Assembly: GCA_021158055.1 (NCBI GenBank)
Contig: JAGGVJ010000023.1
Span: forward strand, 1-30,050
Direction: 5' to 3'
DNA: 30,050 nucleotides
Source of the DNA: Candidatus Iainarchaeum sp.
GTDB taxonomy: Archaea > Iainarchaeota > Iainarchaeia > JAGGVJ01
This document shows, one piece after another, positions 9,601 to 18,564 of the stretch; position 1 is the first letter of the stretch, and every line of letters begins with the position of its first letter. A model generated the notes under the pieces. The model saw only the letters and a program-made list of their open reading frames with translations, was not told the DNA's origin and made no database searches. Both the position numbers and the translations under genes were made by a program.

Positions 9601-9748
9601 AACAACACATCAATTCAAAAAACTTAAAAACATAAGGGCATTTTATATAATGTCTAAGTTCAAACATGTTAAATAATGTCTGGCCTGTAAGAATCTATAA
9701 AAACACGCCTGAAACATACAAAAAACAAAAAATCCTGAGGGACCCCAA

Positions 9749-10288
9749 ATGATTGAAGAAATCACAAACACCGCGGAACTATTACTGACCACGTTAAACA
9801 ATTTCATTGCAGCCAACTTGTTTCAATGGGGAATTGCACTCATAACACTCATAATCGGGTTTTTTGCCATAAAAATCGTAAGAGCTTACGTGAAAAGGTT
9901 TTTCGACAACGTAAACCTTGACAAAACACTTGAGGTATTTATTCAAAAACTCATAAGAGTCTTTTTGTGGATAATACTTGTAATAATTGTTTTGAGCAAC
10001 CTGGGATTTGACGTAACCGGTTTCATTGCAGGGCTTGGAATACTGGGCTTTATTGTCGGCTTTGCAACAAAAGACGTGCTTTCAAACCTTGCAGCCGGCA
10101 TGTTCCTGCTTTTAAACAGGCCTTTTAAAGTGGGGGACGAGATAAAGGCAGCAAAAATAGAGGGAAAAGTCAAAGCAATCGGAACATCAGCATGCATACT
10201 TATCACTGAAAAAAACGAGTACATAACCATACCAAACTCAAAAATATGGGGCGGTCCGATAACAAACCTTTCCCGCCTGAAAAAATAA
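9749..10288 (+). CDS. mscS: Small-conductance mechanosensitive channel, short form without the C-terminal alpha/beta domain
   Basis: TM helices, GFATKDVLSNLAAG, RPFKVGD and IPNSKI. Confidence 0.88.
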   Translation: MIEEITNTAELLLTTLNNFIAANLFQWGIALITLIIGFFAIKIVRAYVKRFFDNVNLDKTLEVFIQKLIRVFLWIILVIIVLSNLGFDVTGFIAGLGILGFIVGFATKDVLSNLAAGMFLLLNRPFKVGDEIKAAKIEGKVKAIGTSACILITEKNEYITIPNSKIWGGPITNLSRLKK

Positions 10289-10445
10289 AGATTTATAAGC
10301 AGTCAAAGCGATATATCATATCCACTAAAACAACAATATTAGTAATAACACATTAACACAAACTGCAACAATAACACCCGGCAACCGCAAAACCAATTTG
10401 CTGCTTGATAACAAATTATTTTAATCAATCTTATAAGGTGATTTA

Positions 10446-10703
10446 ATGGAAGGAATAATAAAAAACTACAGGCAAGGCGTCCACACCCAGCACACAAACC
10501 AATTCGTGGTAGAAATCAACGAGTCAAAAACAAAAGAACAGGCATCAAAATTCATCGGGAAAAAAACTGTTTGGACAACCGGTTCAGGAAAAGAAATCAA
10601 AGGAAAAATCACTCAAACCCACGGAAACAAAGGAGCAGTGCGCGTAAGGTTTGAAAAAGGACTACCGGGACAGGCAATCGGGGCAAAAATCAAAATACTT
10701 TAA
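10446..10703 (+). CDS. rpl35ae: 50S ribosomal protein L35Ae
   Basis: NYRQG..TQ...Q and GKI...HGNKGAVRVRFEKGLPGQAIG; AGGTGA RBS. Confidence 0.95.
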   Translation: MEGIIKNYRQGVHTQHTNQFVVEINESKTKEQASKFIGKKTVWTTGSGKEIKGKITQTHGNKGAVRVRFEKGLPGQAIGAKIKIL

Positions 10704-10779
10704 CTGAAATGCTGATTTCAACACCGAGTTTATACCAAACAAACTCAAAAACAACCATTAAACAAATCCGGGTGACAGG

Positions 10780-11961
10780 TTGTCAAAAACAGACCCAGTA
10801 ACCAGACAAATCACGGAGGGAACAACAAAACTCATTGTTCCCGATGAAACCCACTATTTTTCAAAAGAAATCAAAGAAAAAAGCACATACGTTCCCTCAA
10901 CCCTGCCTGTTTTTTTCAACAAAATGATGGTGCTGTCCCGTGACATAACCGTTGTCTTTGCAAAACACGCGAAAAAAAAACTCAAAAAACTAAGGGTCAT
11001 TGACCCGTTTTGCGCAACAGGGGCAAGAGGGATCAGAATAGCAAACGAAGCAAAAGCAGACCGCCTCATACTAAGCGACTTTGACGAAACCGCGTGCTTT
11101 CTTGCGGAAAAAAATGCAAAACTAAACAGCCTTGAAAACACTGAAATCTTAAACCAGGATGCAAACACAATCCTTTGCCAGGCAAAAACAATAAACTTCG
11201 TGGAACTTGACCCTTTCGGCTCTCCGGCTCCTTTTCTTGACTCTGCCGTAAGAAGCATCAAAAAAGGAATCCTGTCACTGAGCTCAACTGACCTGGCAGC
11301 GCTCGCCGGAACATACCCGGACGTTGCACTCCGAAAATACGGCTTGCGGCCCTTTAAATCAGATTTTTCAAAAGAACTTGCAATGAGAATACTTGCGACA
11401 ACAATCATCCGGACTGCCGCAAGACACGACCGGACAGTTCAATTCGAACTCTGCTTTTACGACACACACCACCTCAAAATGTTTTGCTTCATAAAACACG
11501 GAAAAGAAAAAACCACAAAAATGATCCAGTCACTTGCATACATGAACTTTTGCCAAAAATGCCTTCACAGGTTCGAGTCAAAAGAAAAGCAGGCAACATG
11601 CCCGCACTGCAAAAACAAGATTTTTAGCTGCGGACCCATTTTCACAGGAAACACAAGCAACAAGGAAACTGTTTTGGACTGCCTGAAGACAGCGGAAAAT
11701 TCAGAATTAAGCGCAAAGAAAAAAGCGCTCAAAACACTGACTTTAATTGCAGGCGAACTTGAAAGACCTTTTTACTTTGACATCCACAAGGTTTGCGACC
11801 ACTTCAACATCCCCTGCATTTCAACAAAAGCAATGATCGACGGGCTTGAAAAAAAAGGATTCAAGGCAACGCGCACTCACTTCTCAGCAACTGCAGTGAA
11901 AACAAATGCAAGTATTGATGTTGTGGAATCAGTTATTCTAAAAACTATCAAAAATCAATAA
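10780..11961 (+). CDS. trm1: tRNA (guanine(26)-N2)-dimethyltransferase
   Basis: PVFFN..M..SRD, ATGARGIR, ELDPFGSP, CxxC...CxxC zinc finger and RTHFS...VKTNA; GGTGA RBS. Confidence 0.93.
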   Translation: MSKTDPVTRQITEGTTKLIVPDETHYFSKEIKEKSTYVPSTLPVFFNKMMVLSRDITVVFAKHAKKKLKKLRVIDPFCATGARGIRIANEAKADRLILSDFDETACFLAEKNAKLNSLENTEILNQDANTILCQAKTINFVELDPFGSPAPFLDSAVRSIKKGILSLSSTDLAALAGTYPDVALRKYGLRPFKSDFSKELAMRILATTIIRTAARHDRTVQFELCFYDTHHLKMFCFIKHGKEKTTKMIQSLAYMNFCQKCLHRFESKEKQATCPHCKNKIFSCGPIFTGNTSNKETVLDCLKTAENSELSAKKKALKTLTLIAGELERPFYFDIHKVCDHFNIPCISTKAMIDGLEKKGFKATRTHFSATAVKTNASIDVVESVILKTIKNQ

Positions 11962-11963
11962 TC

Positions 11964-12248
11964 TTATTTTTCTATAAAACACAAAATTTCTCCTTTAAAT
12001 TCAGGGTTAAGAGAATAACGTTTACCGCCAACATTGCTATGATGTGCTAAAACAACACCAATTCTAACTAATTCTTTTAAAACATTTTTAACATTCAATT
12101 TTTTATCAGTTTTAAACTTTCTATTTTTAAAAAGATGGTCATCAATAATTAGACGCCTGCCCCAATAGCCTTGTCTTGCCATTTTTTTAAAAACCCAAGC
12201 AACAATAATTTTTTCATCATTGTTTTCAAAAGTTTTATTGATAATCAT
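11964..12248 (-). CDS. Small basic hypothetical protein, probable winged-helix fold
   Basis: GYWG motif and LKELVRIGVV...RYSLNP wing; AT-rich. Confidence 0.65.
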   Translation of the reverse strand: MIINKTFENNDEKIIVAWVFKKMARQGYWGRRLIIDDHLFKNRKFKTDKKLNVKNVLKELVRIGVVLAHHSNVGGKRYSLNPEFKGEILCFIEK

Positions 12249-12346
12249 TAAACCATTAAGCAGCAGACCGGGTATTTAAAAGTATTGTCCAATATTAATA
12301 CACCAATCATTCAATTAGTGCACATTTAATATTAAAAAAGAATACA

Positions 12347-12371
12347 TTTAAATATGCACATATGTGCATAT
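12347..12371 (+). promoter_or_regulatory. TATA box (TTTAAATA) overlapped by the perfect 20-bp palindrome ATATGCACATATGTGCATAT, a candidate operator
   Basis: Palindrome at 12352-12371 read directly; lies between two divergent small genes; purine-rich BRE-like run upstream. Confidence 0.7.
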
Positions 12372-12444
12372 ACATATACACACATAGTATAAACCATTAT
12401 AATATAAAATTAAAGAAAACAAGTCAAAAAACAAAGGCAAGCAC

Positions 12445-12780
12445 ATGGACAAATCAATTTTCTTAACAATAATGGGCGAGTCGCCTCAGTTAAAAGTGAT
12501 TGACTTTTTAATTGAAAACAGTATTTTTGATTATTCAAAATCAGAAATTTCAAAAGGAGCAAGCATATCCAGAAACACTTTAAATAACATATGGGATCAG
12601 CTAGTTTTTTCCGACATAATCACAAAAACAAGAACTGTAGGAAGAGCAACGTTATATAAGTTGAACACCAAAAACCCCGTTGTTAAAAAATTTATTCAAC
12701 TCGACCAAACACTGACCAGAGAATATGCTGAAAAACTGTCTCAAACCAAAACAGCCATAACACAACCAGTTAAAAACTAA
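12445..12780 (+). CDS. Winged helix-turn-helix transcriptional regulator
   Basis: KVIDFL...FDYSKSEISKGASISRNTL...TRTVGRATLYKLN..NP pattern. Confidence 0.85.
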   Translation: MDKSIFLTIMGESPQLKVIDFLIENSIFDYSKSEISKGASISRNTLNNIWDQLVFSDIITKTRTVGRATLYKLNTKNPVVKKFIQLDQTLTREYAEKLSQTKTAITQPVKN

Positions 12781-12828
12781 AAAAATAAACAAAAAAAGTT
12801 ATTTAACCTCACAAGCACTATTTATACC

Positions 12829-13488
12829 ATGGAAAAAAAACACAAAATGGAAAAAAAACACAAAATGGAAATAAAAAGCCAAAACCCGATAAACCACCTG
12901 GATCCTGAAAACACGCACGACATAATTGAATTTTACTTTGAAATCAACCACCTGAAACAACTGTTCAGACAAGGGTGGCTCAGGAACGTACCAAAAGACC
13001 AATGCGAGAGCGTTGCAGACCACTCATTCGGAACTGCTTTGCTTGCAATGGTTATCGGAAACGAGCATTTCCCGCAAATAGACATGTCAAAAGCAGTGCA
13101 GATTGCTTTAATTCACGACCTTGGAGAAGTTTACGCGGGAGACCACACTCCGTATCACAACATCAGCCAGGAAGAAAAAAGCAGGCTTGAAAGAGAATCA
13201 ATAAAAAAACTTTTTTTGAAGCTTCCAAAAGGCAAAAAATACATTGAACTATGGGAAGAATTCGAATCAGGCACAACAAACGAAGCAAAATTTGCAAAGC
13301 AAATAGACAAACTTGAAATGGCACTGCAGGCAAGCGTTTACGAACACCGTGGTTATAAAAACATGCAGGAATTCTTTGACGACGCAAAAGAAAAGATAAC
13401 CGACAAAAAACTGCTTGAAATATTCAAAGAAATCGAACCCATACGGAACAACAAGAATCAAACCAAGCCACGTAACAAAATTGACTGA
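12829..13488 (+). CDS. HD-domain 5'-deoxynucleotidase-like protein (YfbR/HDDC2 family); start may be 12847 or 12865
   Basis: LK...RQGW, ESVADHSF, LIHDLGE...GD and DKLEM..QA..YE. Confidence 0.9.
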   Translation: MEKKHKMEKKHKMEIKSQNPINHLDPENTHDIIEFYFEINHLKQLFRQGWLRNVPKDQCESVADHSFGTALLAMVIGNEHFPQIDMSKAVQIALIHDLGEVYAGDHTPYHNISQEEKSRLERESIKKLFLKLPKGKKYIELWEEFESGTTNEAKFAKQIDKLEMALQASVYEHRGYKNMQEFFDDAKEKITDKKLLEIFKEIEPIRNNKNQTKPRNKID

Positions 13489-13531
13489 CATGCTCTTTCA
13501 CCCCCATAAAAATGCAAATATGAAACACCCA

Positions 13532-13561
13532 TCATTTTTATATAAGGTCATTTTTATATAA
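13532..13561 (+). promoter_or_regulatory. Duplicated TATA element, TCATTTTTATATAA x2, upstream of the KamA-family gene
   Basis: 14-bp direct repeat at 13532-13545 and 13548-13561; the second copy ends 19 bp before ATG 13580, a leaderless-type spacing. Confidence 0.6.
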
Positions 13562-13579
13562 CGCGTCCCAAATTATAAT

Positions 13580-15421
13580 ATGCCAAACTCTAATACAGAA
13601 AATTACAATACAGAAAACATTATCCTGCTTTCAAAACAAGAATTAACAAAAAAACTTTGGTCAGCCGACCCGCACATCAGGCAATTTCTTAAGAAAAGCA
13701 AAGACCTCCACTGCGCAAGAAACAATTTTTTTGAATATCTAAACGAGCTAGAAAGGCACTACTTCAACATTTTCTCAGACAACCACTTCAAAAACATACA
13801 CATACTGGAAAAAAACAATGCAAAAGAATGCATAAGGGTACTGAAAAACATCATAAGAACCGAAAACGAAAAAATAACAGGGTTCTCTGCACTGAAAAGA
13901 CTATCCGGCCTTGCAAAAGACAAAAACAAGACCCTGCCTAAAATAAGCGAGGGTTTTTTGTGCGAATTTATTTACCTTTTCAAGGGAATTAACGGAAAAT
14001 CAGGCATTCTCCGCCCCATACACAAGGACCCGGACCTGAAAGACGCGAACGAAATCGCAGTCAATCGCTCAAGTTACCTGGACTCATACTCGAAAACAAT
14101 CCAGGAGCATTTTAAAAAATACAAAGACGGGTGCGATGCAGAATTGCTGAAAAGTTCAAAGGCACTTAAAAAAGAAATTCTTGATTACTTTGAATCCACG
14201 GAAAAAGACTGGGAAGACTATTCATGGCAACTCAACCATGTAATCAAAGACAGAAAAACCCTGTCTTCCTTGATCAAACTGAACAAAGATGAAGCAAGCG
14301 GATTAAAGTGCGCTGAAGAAAAAAACATCCCTTTTCAGATAACCCCTTACTACCTTTCACTCTTCAACAAAAACAAAAGGTCTTACCACGACCGCGTCCT
14401 CCGCGCCCAGGTAATCCCAAGCCTTAAGTACTGCTCAGCCATCAAAAAAAACTGTGAATCCGAACTTGATCTGGATTTCATGGGGGAAAAATTCACCAGC
14501 CCAATAAAAAGCATTACAAGGAGATACCCTCAAATACTAATCCTGAAACCGTTTGATTCCTGCCCGCAAATCTGTGTTTACTGCCAGAGAAACTGGGAGA
14601 TAAAAAGCCTTGAGGAAACAAAAACAAACAAAAAAGAAATACAAAAAGCCATTGACTGGATAAAAGACAACGAAAGCATAACAGAAGTTTTGGTAACCGG
14701 CGGGGACCCGCTGACCCTAAACAACAAATACCTGGGGTGGCTGCTTGACGAAATCTCAAAAATAAAACGCGTTGAACGAATAAGAATCGGAACCAGAACA
14801 CTAGTCACTCTCCCTTTCAGATTTGACAAAGAACTGCTGAAAATACTTGAAAAACACCACTGCATCGGCAAAAGAGAGATATGCATCGTAACCCACTTTG
14901 AACATCCAGTGGAAATAACCCCTGACTCGATAAAAGCAATAAAAAAAATAAAAAAACTGGGAATCAGCATTTACAACCAGCAGGTTTTCACATACTACAA
15001 CAGCAAAAAATTTGAAACATCTTTTCTCAGAAAAAAACTAAAACTGTCAGGAATAGACCCTTACTATACATTCAACACAAAAGGAAAAGAAGAAACAATT
15101 GACTTTCGGGTTCCGATTGCAAGAATCGAACAGGAAAGAAAAGAAGAGGCAAGACTCCTGCCCGGCATTGTCCGCACAGACGAGCCCGTCTTCAACGTGC
15201 CAAAACTTGGAAAATCACACTTGAGAGCATGGCAGGACCACGAACCAATCATGGTTTTAAGTAACGGCAAAAGAATCTACCGGTTTTACCCGTGGGAATC
15301 CAAACTCAACCTGACCGATGACTACATTTATACAGACGTGCCAATTTACGACTACTTAAAGAGACTGCACAAAGACAACGAAAACACAAACGATTACCAC
15401 TCAATATGGTACTACTTTTAA
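13580..15421 (+). CDS. KamA-family radical SAM/PLP aminomutase, long form; predicted glutamate 2,3-aminomutase-like
   Basis: ITPYYLSL, RRYP, C328xxxC332xxC335, VTGGDPL, RIGTR, THFEHP, PYYTFNTK(501) and FN(539)VPKLGK(545). Confidence 0.9.
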   Translation: MPNSNTENYNTENIILLSKQELTKKLWSADPHIRQFLKKSKDLHCARNNFFEYLNELERHYFNIFSDNHFKNIHILEKNNAKECIRVLKNIIRTENEKITGFSALKRLSGLAKDKNKTLPKISEGFLCEFIYLFKGINGKSGILRPIHKDPDLKDANEIAVNRSSYLDSYSKTIQEHFKKYKDGCDAELLKSSKALKKEILDYFESTEKDWEDYSWQLNHVIKDRKTLSSLIKLNKDEASGLKCAEEKNIPFQITPYYLSLFNKNKRSYHDRVLRAQVIPSLKYCSAIKKNCESELDLDFMGEKFTSPIKSITRRYPQILILKPFDSCPQICVYCQRNWEIKSLEETKTNKKEIQKAIDWIKDNESITEVLVTGGDPLTLNNKYLGWLLDEISKIKRVERIRIGTRTLVTLPFRFDKELLKILEKHHCIGKREICIVTHFEHPVEITPDSIKAIKKIKKLGISIYNQQVFTYYNSKKFETSFLRKKLKLSGIDPYYTFNTKGKEETIDFRVPIARIEQERKEEARLLPGIVRTDEPVFNVPKLGKSHLRAWQDHEPIMVLSNGKRIYRFYPWESKLNLTDDYIYTDVPIYDYLKRLHKDNENTNDYHSIWYYF

Positions 15422-15464
15422 ATTCCGGCAAAACACAACACAGAAAATATTATCCTGACCGCGC

Positions 15465-16004
15465 TCAAAGCGGCTCAATTGACGCGTATTTTCCGCTTCC
15501 GATATATGAAATCAACTTCACGCCGTTTTTGCCAAGCTTTAAAACACCTAACTTCGCGTCAAAAAACTTTTCTTCAACGCCGCAGTTTACCACTTCCCCT
15601 ACCACAAGAAAGTGGTCTGAAACCTCAAAAACGTGAATTACCCTGCACTCAAGAAACGCAACGCAGTCGTCAAGGATAATATTGCCGTTTTCAGTAACGG
15701 TTGTCCTGTAGTTCCTCTCCAGAAACTTGTCCTTGTCGCGGCCTGAAACATTCCCGCAGTAAATCACTTCTTTTAACTGGTCCGCTGTCGGGATATTCAC
15801 TGCAAAATAACCACTTGCGCGAATCAACTCAAGCGAAAACCTGTTTTTTGCAACGCTCAACATCACCTGCGCGGGACTGCGTGAGACAGGGGACAGCCAC
15901 GAAACCGAAAAAACACTTCTTTTTTCTTTGTGCCTTGAAGTGACAAGGGAAACCGGGTGGCAATAAAGAAGAATTTCCGGGTTGCTTACAGGTATTTTTG
16001 CCAT
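15465..16004 (-). CDS. Flavin reductase-like protein (FMN-binding split barrel)
   Basis: PVSLVTS, FAVNIP, CGNVSGRDKDKF and LECRV....VSDHFLVVGEV. Confidence 0.9.
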   Translation of the reverse strand: MAKIPVSNPEILLYCHPVSLVTSRHKEKRSVFSVSWLSPVSRSPAQVMLSVAKNRFSLELIRASGYFAVNIPTADQLKEVIYCGNVSGRDKDKFLERNYRTTVTENGNIILDDCVAFLECRVIHVFEVSDHFLVVGEVVNCGVEEKFFDAKLGVLKLGKNGVKLISYIGSGKYASIEPL

Positions 16005-16043
16005 TAAACCAATCCTTTATTAAAAACTATACCCTGCAATGCA

Positions 16044-17114
16044 TCAATTGTCCCTGTTGAGATAAATTGTCTGGGTCGGGAACGCCATCTCAATTGCTGC
16101 TTTTTCAAACTGTTCCTTTATGGTAAAATTAATGCTTTGCTGGGTGTCCATGAATTTGTTGTAGTCGCCTGAACTGACAAAGTAAACAACTTCAAAATTC
16201 AAACTGAAATCCCCAAAGTTTTTGAAGTGCGCGCGGCTGAAATCCGCAAGCTCTTCTTTTTCAATAATTTTTTCAACCATTCCGGGAATACTCTTCAGTT
16301 TCTTGACAGGTGTGTCATAAGTGACGCCAAAAGGAAACACAACCCTTCTCTTTTCCATTTTCTTGTAATTATTAACCCTTGCCTCGGTCAATTCCTTGTT
16401 TGAAATGATAAGCTCCTGGCCCTGAAGAGTCTTTATTTTGGTTGATTTTATGCCGATTTCCTTTACTGTCCCGGAATCGGTTCCGACAACAATAAAATCA
16501 CCCACCCTGAAAGGCTTGTTGAAATAAATTGAAAAAGAAGCAAAAATGTCAACCAGAATATTCTGCAATGCAAAAGCAATTGCGATTCCGCCGATTCCAA
16601 GCCCTGCCACAAGAGTCGTAACGTCAAAGCCGATGTTTGAAAGGATAAGCACTGCCGCAACAAACCACAATCCAATTTTCAATGCCTGGTTCAAAAACAA
16701 TATGACTGAATGGTCGGTTTTTTTCTCTTCCTGCTGCCTTTTTTCAATAATTTTTCCGCTGCCGTAATCAATGACTTCGTGAAGCGCTTTCACTGCATAG
16801 AAAACAATTGCAACAATAAGCAAATATTCAATTCCCACACTCACCAATCCGGGAACATTAAGGAACTGAAGTGAAACATACATCGAAACAATGACATAAA
16901 AATACCAGTTTATCCTGTCAATGAAATGAATAAACACGTCATCCAGATCATTTTTGGTTTTCTCAAAAAGAGTCTTCAGCCTGGAAACAACAATGTACTT
17001 GAAAATCTTCATTGCCGAAATCAATACGACAAAAAGCAGAAGGCAAAAAACGTAATCAAAAACAGTGTTTCCGAAAAAAGTACTTGCCATTATTTCAGGG
17101 GAAATCAAATCCAT
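16044..17114 (-). CDS. mscS: MscS-family mechanosensitive channel, full length
   Basis: AGLGIGGIAIAFALQNIL, KPFRVGDFI, FGVTYDT, FGDFSLNFEV and MAFPTQ. Confidence 0.93.
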   Translation of the reverse strand: MDLISPEIMASTFFGNTVFDYVFCLLLFVVLISAMKIFKYIVVSRLKTLFEKTKNDLDDVFIHFIDRINWYFYVIVSMYVSLQFLNVPGLVSVGIEYLLIVAIVFYAVKALHEVIDYGSGKIIEKRQQEEKKTDHSVILFLNQALKIGLWFVAAVLILSNIGFDVTTLVAGLGIGGIAIAFALQNILVDIFASFSIYFNKPFRVGDFIVVGTDSGTVKEIGIKSTKIKTLQGQELIISNKELTEARVNNYKKMEKRRVVFPFGVTYDTPVKKLKSIPGMVEKIIEKEELADFSRAHFKNFGDFSLNFEVVYFVSSGDYNKFMDTQQSINFTIKEQFEKAAIEMAFPTQTIYLNRDN

Positions 17115-17206
17115 ACAAGAACTAAATCAAAAACAGTATTTATTTCTTTTCAAAAAACAGGGTTATTCTTTTTCAAAAACCAGTTTTTTTCAATGTTCTG
17201 CAAAAA

Positions 17207-17233
17207 ACAAAAAAAATGAACCTCACTGTGAGG
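17207..17233 (-). terminator. Possible terminator downstream of tfb: short hairpin CCTCA-N3-TGAGG followed by a T-tract on the minus strand
   Basis: 5-bp stem at 17221-17233 and an adjacent A-run on the plus strand. Weak, because A-runs are common in this window. Confidence 0.25.
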
Positions 17234-17257
17234 CCCATTGTTTCATTCTGTTCCACT

Positions 17258-18166
17258 TTACGTGTTGACGTCGATATCAAGCTCTTTTTTTAGTTCCCTG
17301 TAGCGGTTTCTTATTGTGACTTCAGTTACCCCGGCAACGTCTGCCACTTCTTTCTGGGTTCTTCGCTCACCCATCAAAACCCCTGCAATGTACACTGCAG
17401 CAGCGGCAACCCCTGTGGGACCCCTTCCTGAAATCAAGCCTTTATTGACTGCGTTTTCAAGGATGATTCTTGCCTTTTCCTGCACTTCGCCACTCAAGCC
17501 AAGGGCAGAAGCAAACCTCGGAATGTAATTCACGGGATTTGTCAACGGAACATTAATCTTGAGTTCCCTTGAAATAAACCTGTAAGTCCTTCCAATTTCC
17601 TTTCTGGTAAGGCCGGACGCTTCAGCAACCTCGTCAAGGGTTCTCGGAACGCCGTATTTCCTGCACTCGGTGTAAATGATCGACGCAACAACCGATTCAA
17701 TCAACCTTCCCCTGATAAGCCCTTTTTCAACTGCCTTCCTGTACAAAAGAGCAGCTGACTCTCTAATGTTGTTCGGAAGCTTGAGGAAAGAAGACATCCT
17801 TTCAAGTTCGCTCAACGCAATTGCAAGGTTTCGCTCCATTGAAGAGCTGATTGAAGCCCTTTTGTGCCATTTTCTCAAACGGTACATCTGCGCCTGGGTT
17901 CCGGCAGAAATCTTTCCGCCGCGGGCATCCCACGCATACCTGTCAATTTCAGTTACAAGCCCTTTGTTAAGTCTCGTGTATTTCATTGGGCCGCCTGTTC
18001 TTGCGCGCTTGTCCCGCTGGTCTGCATCAAAAGCCCTCCACTCGGGGCCAGTGTCAACCAGTTCATCTGAAACCACCAGACCGCATTTGCTGCAAACAAT
18101 TTCTGCTTTCTCATAGTTCCTGATCAACGATTTTGACTTGCATTCCGGACATTCTCCTTCTCCCAT
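17258..18166 (-). CDS. tfb: Transcription initiation factor IIB
   Basis: CPEC...CSKCG zinc ribbon, DTGPEWRAF, two cyclin repeats and [13 protein letters not shown]. Confidence 0.98.
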   Translation of the reverse strand: MGEGECPECKSKSLIRNYEKAEIVCSKCGLVVSDELVDTGPEWRAFDADQRDKRARTGGPMKYTRLNKGLVTEIDRYAWDARGGKISAGTQAQMYRLRKWHKRASISSSMERNLAIALSELERMSSFLKLPNNIRESAALLYRKAVEKGLIRGRLIESVVASIIYTECRKYGVPRTLDEVAEASGLTRKEIGRTYRFISRELKINVPLTNPVNYIPRFASALGLSGEVQEKARIILENAVNKGLISGRGPTGVAAAAVYIAGVLMGERRTQKEVADVAGVTEVTIRNRYRELKKELDIDVNT

Positions 18167-18234
18167 AACACCAACTCCACTAAATTAAAATTATTCAATA
18201 AAAAATTGCAAAAAACAAATGCAAAAAAACACTT

Positions 18235-18477
18235 TCAATGCCTGTATTTTTTCCCGCGGGGATTGTCTTCAACAAAAAGCTTGTTTCCCTGAAGCAGCTC
18301 TTTTTTCGGATTCACTGACACGAACGGTTCCTCAACAGGTCCGAAAACATCAAAAACAAAACCAACAGGTTTTTCCGAATCCAGATAAACTTTTGCACCG
18401 ATCTTCGGCGGTTTCCTGCAACGCAACACAACACGGCCGCTTTTAGAAATATGTGCAACTTCGCCTAAAAACTTCAA
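18235..18477 (-). CDS. gar1: H/ACA RNP protein Gar1/Naf1; probable TTG start at 18477
   Basis: LG.V.HI.KSG, PKIGAKV and VG.VFDVFGPV..PFV.V; immediately upstream of tfb, a known archaeal gene order. Confidence 0.85.
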   Translation of the reverse strand: MKFLGEVAHISKSGRVVLRCRKPPKIGAKVYLDSEKPVGFVFDVFGPVEEPFVSVNPKKELLQGNKLFVEDNPRGKKYRH

Positions 18478-18564
18478 AAGAAACAGTCCCGCAAAAACCA
18501 TATGTATTATATATAACATATTGCCAATCAAAAAGTATATAAACATTTCGGTTATCTTTACAAT

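Noticed and set aside
13580-15421. Lysine 2,3-aminomutase (kamA/ablA) or EF-P modification EpmB
   Set aside because: The lysine-binding Asp pair appears replaced by Lys/Asn, and no ablB, epmA or efp is nearby.
18478-18546. Hydrophobic N-terminal extension of Gar1
   Set aside because: It spans the TATA-containing divergent promoter region; Gar1 similarity starts at LKFLG.
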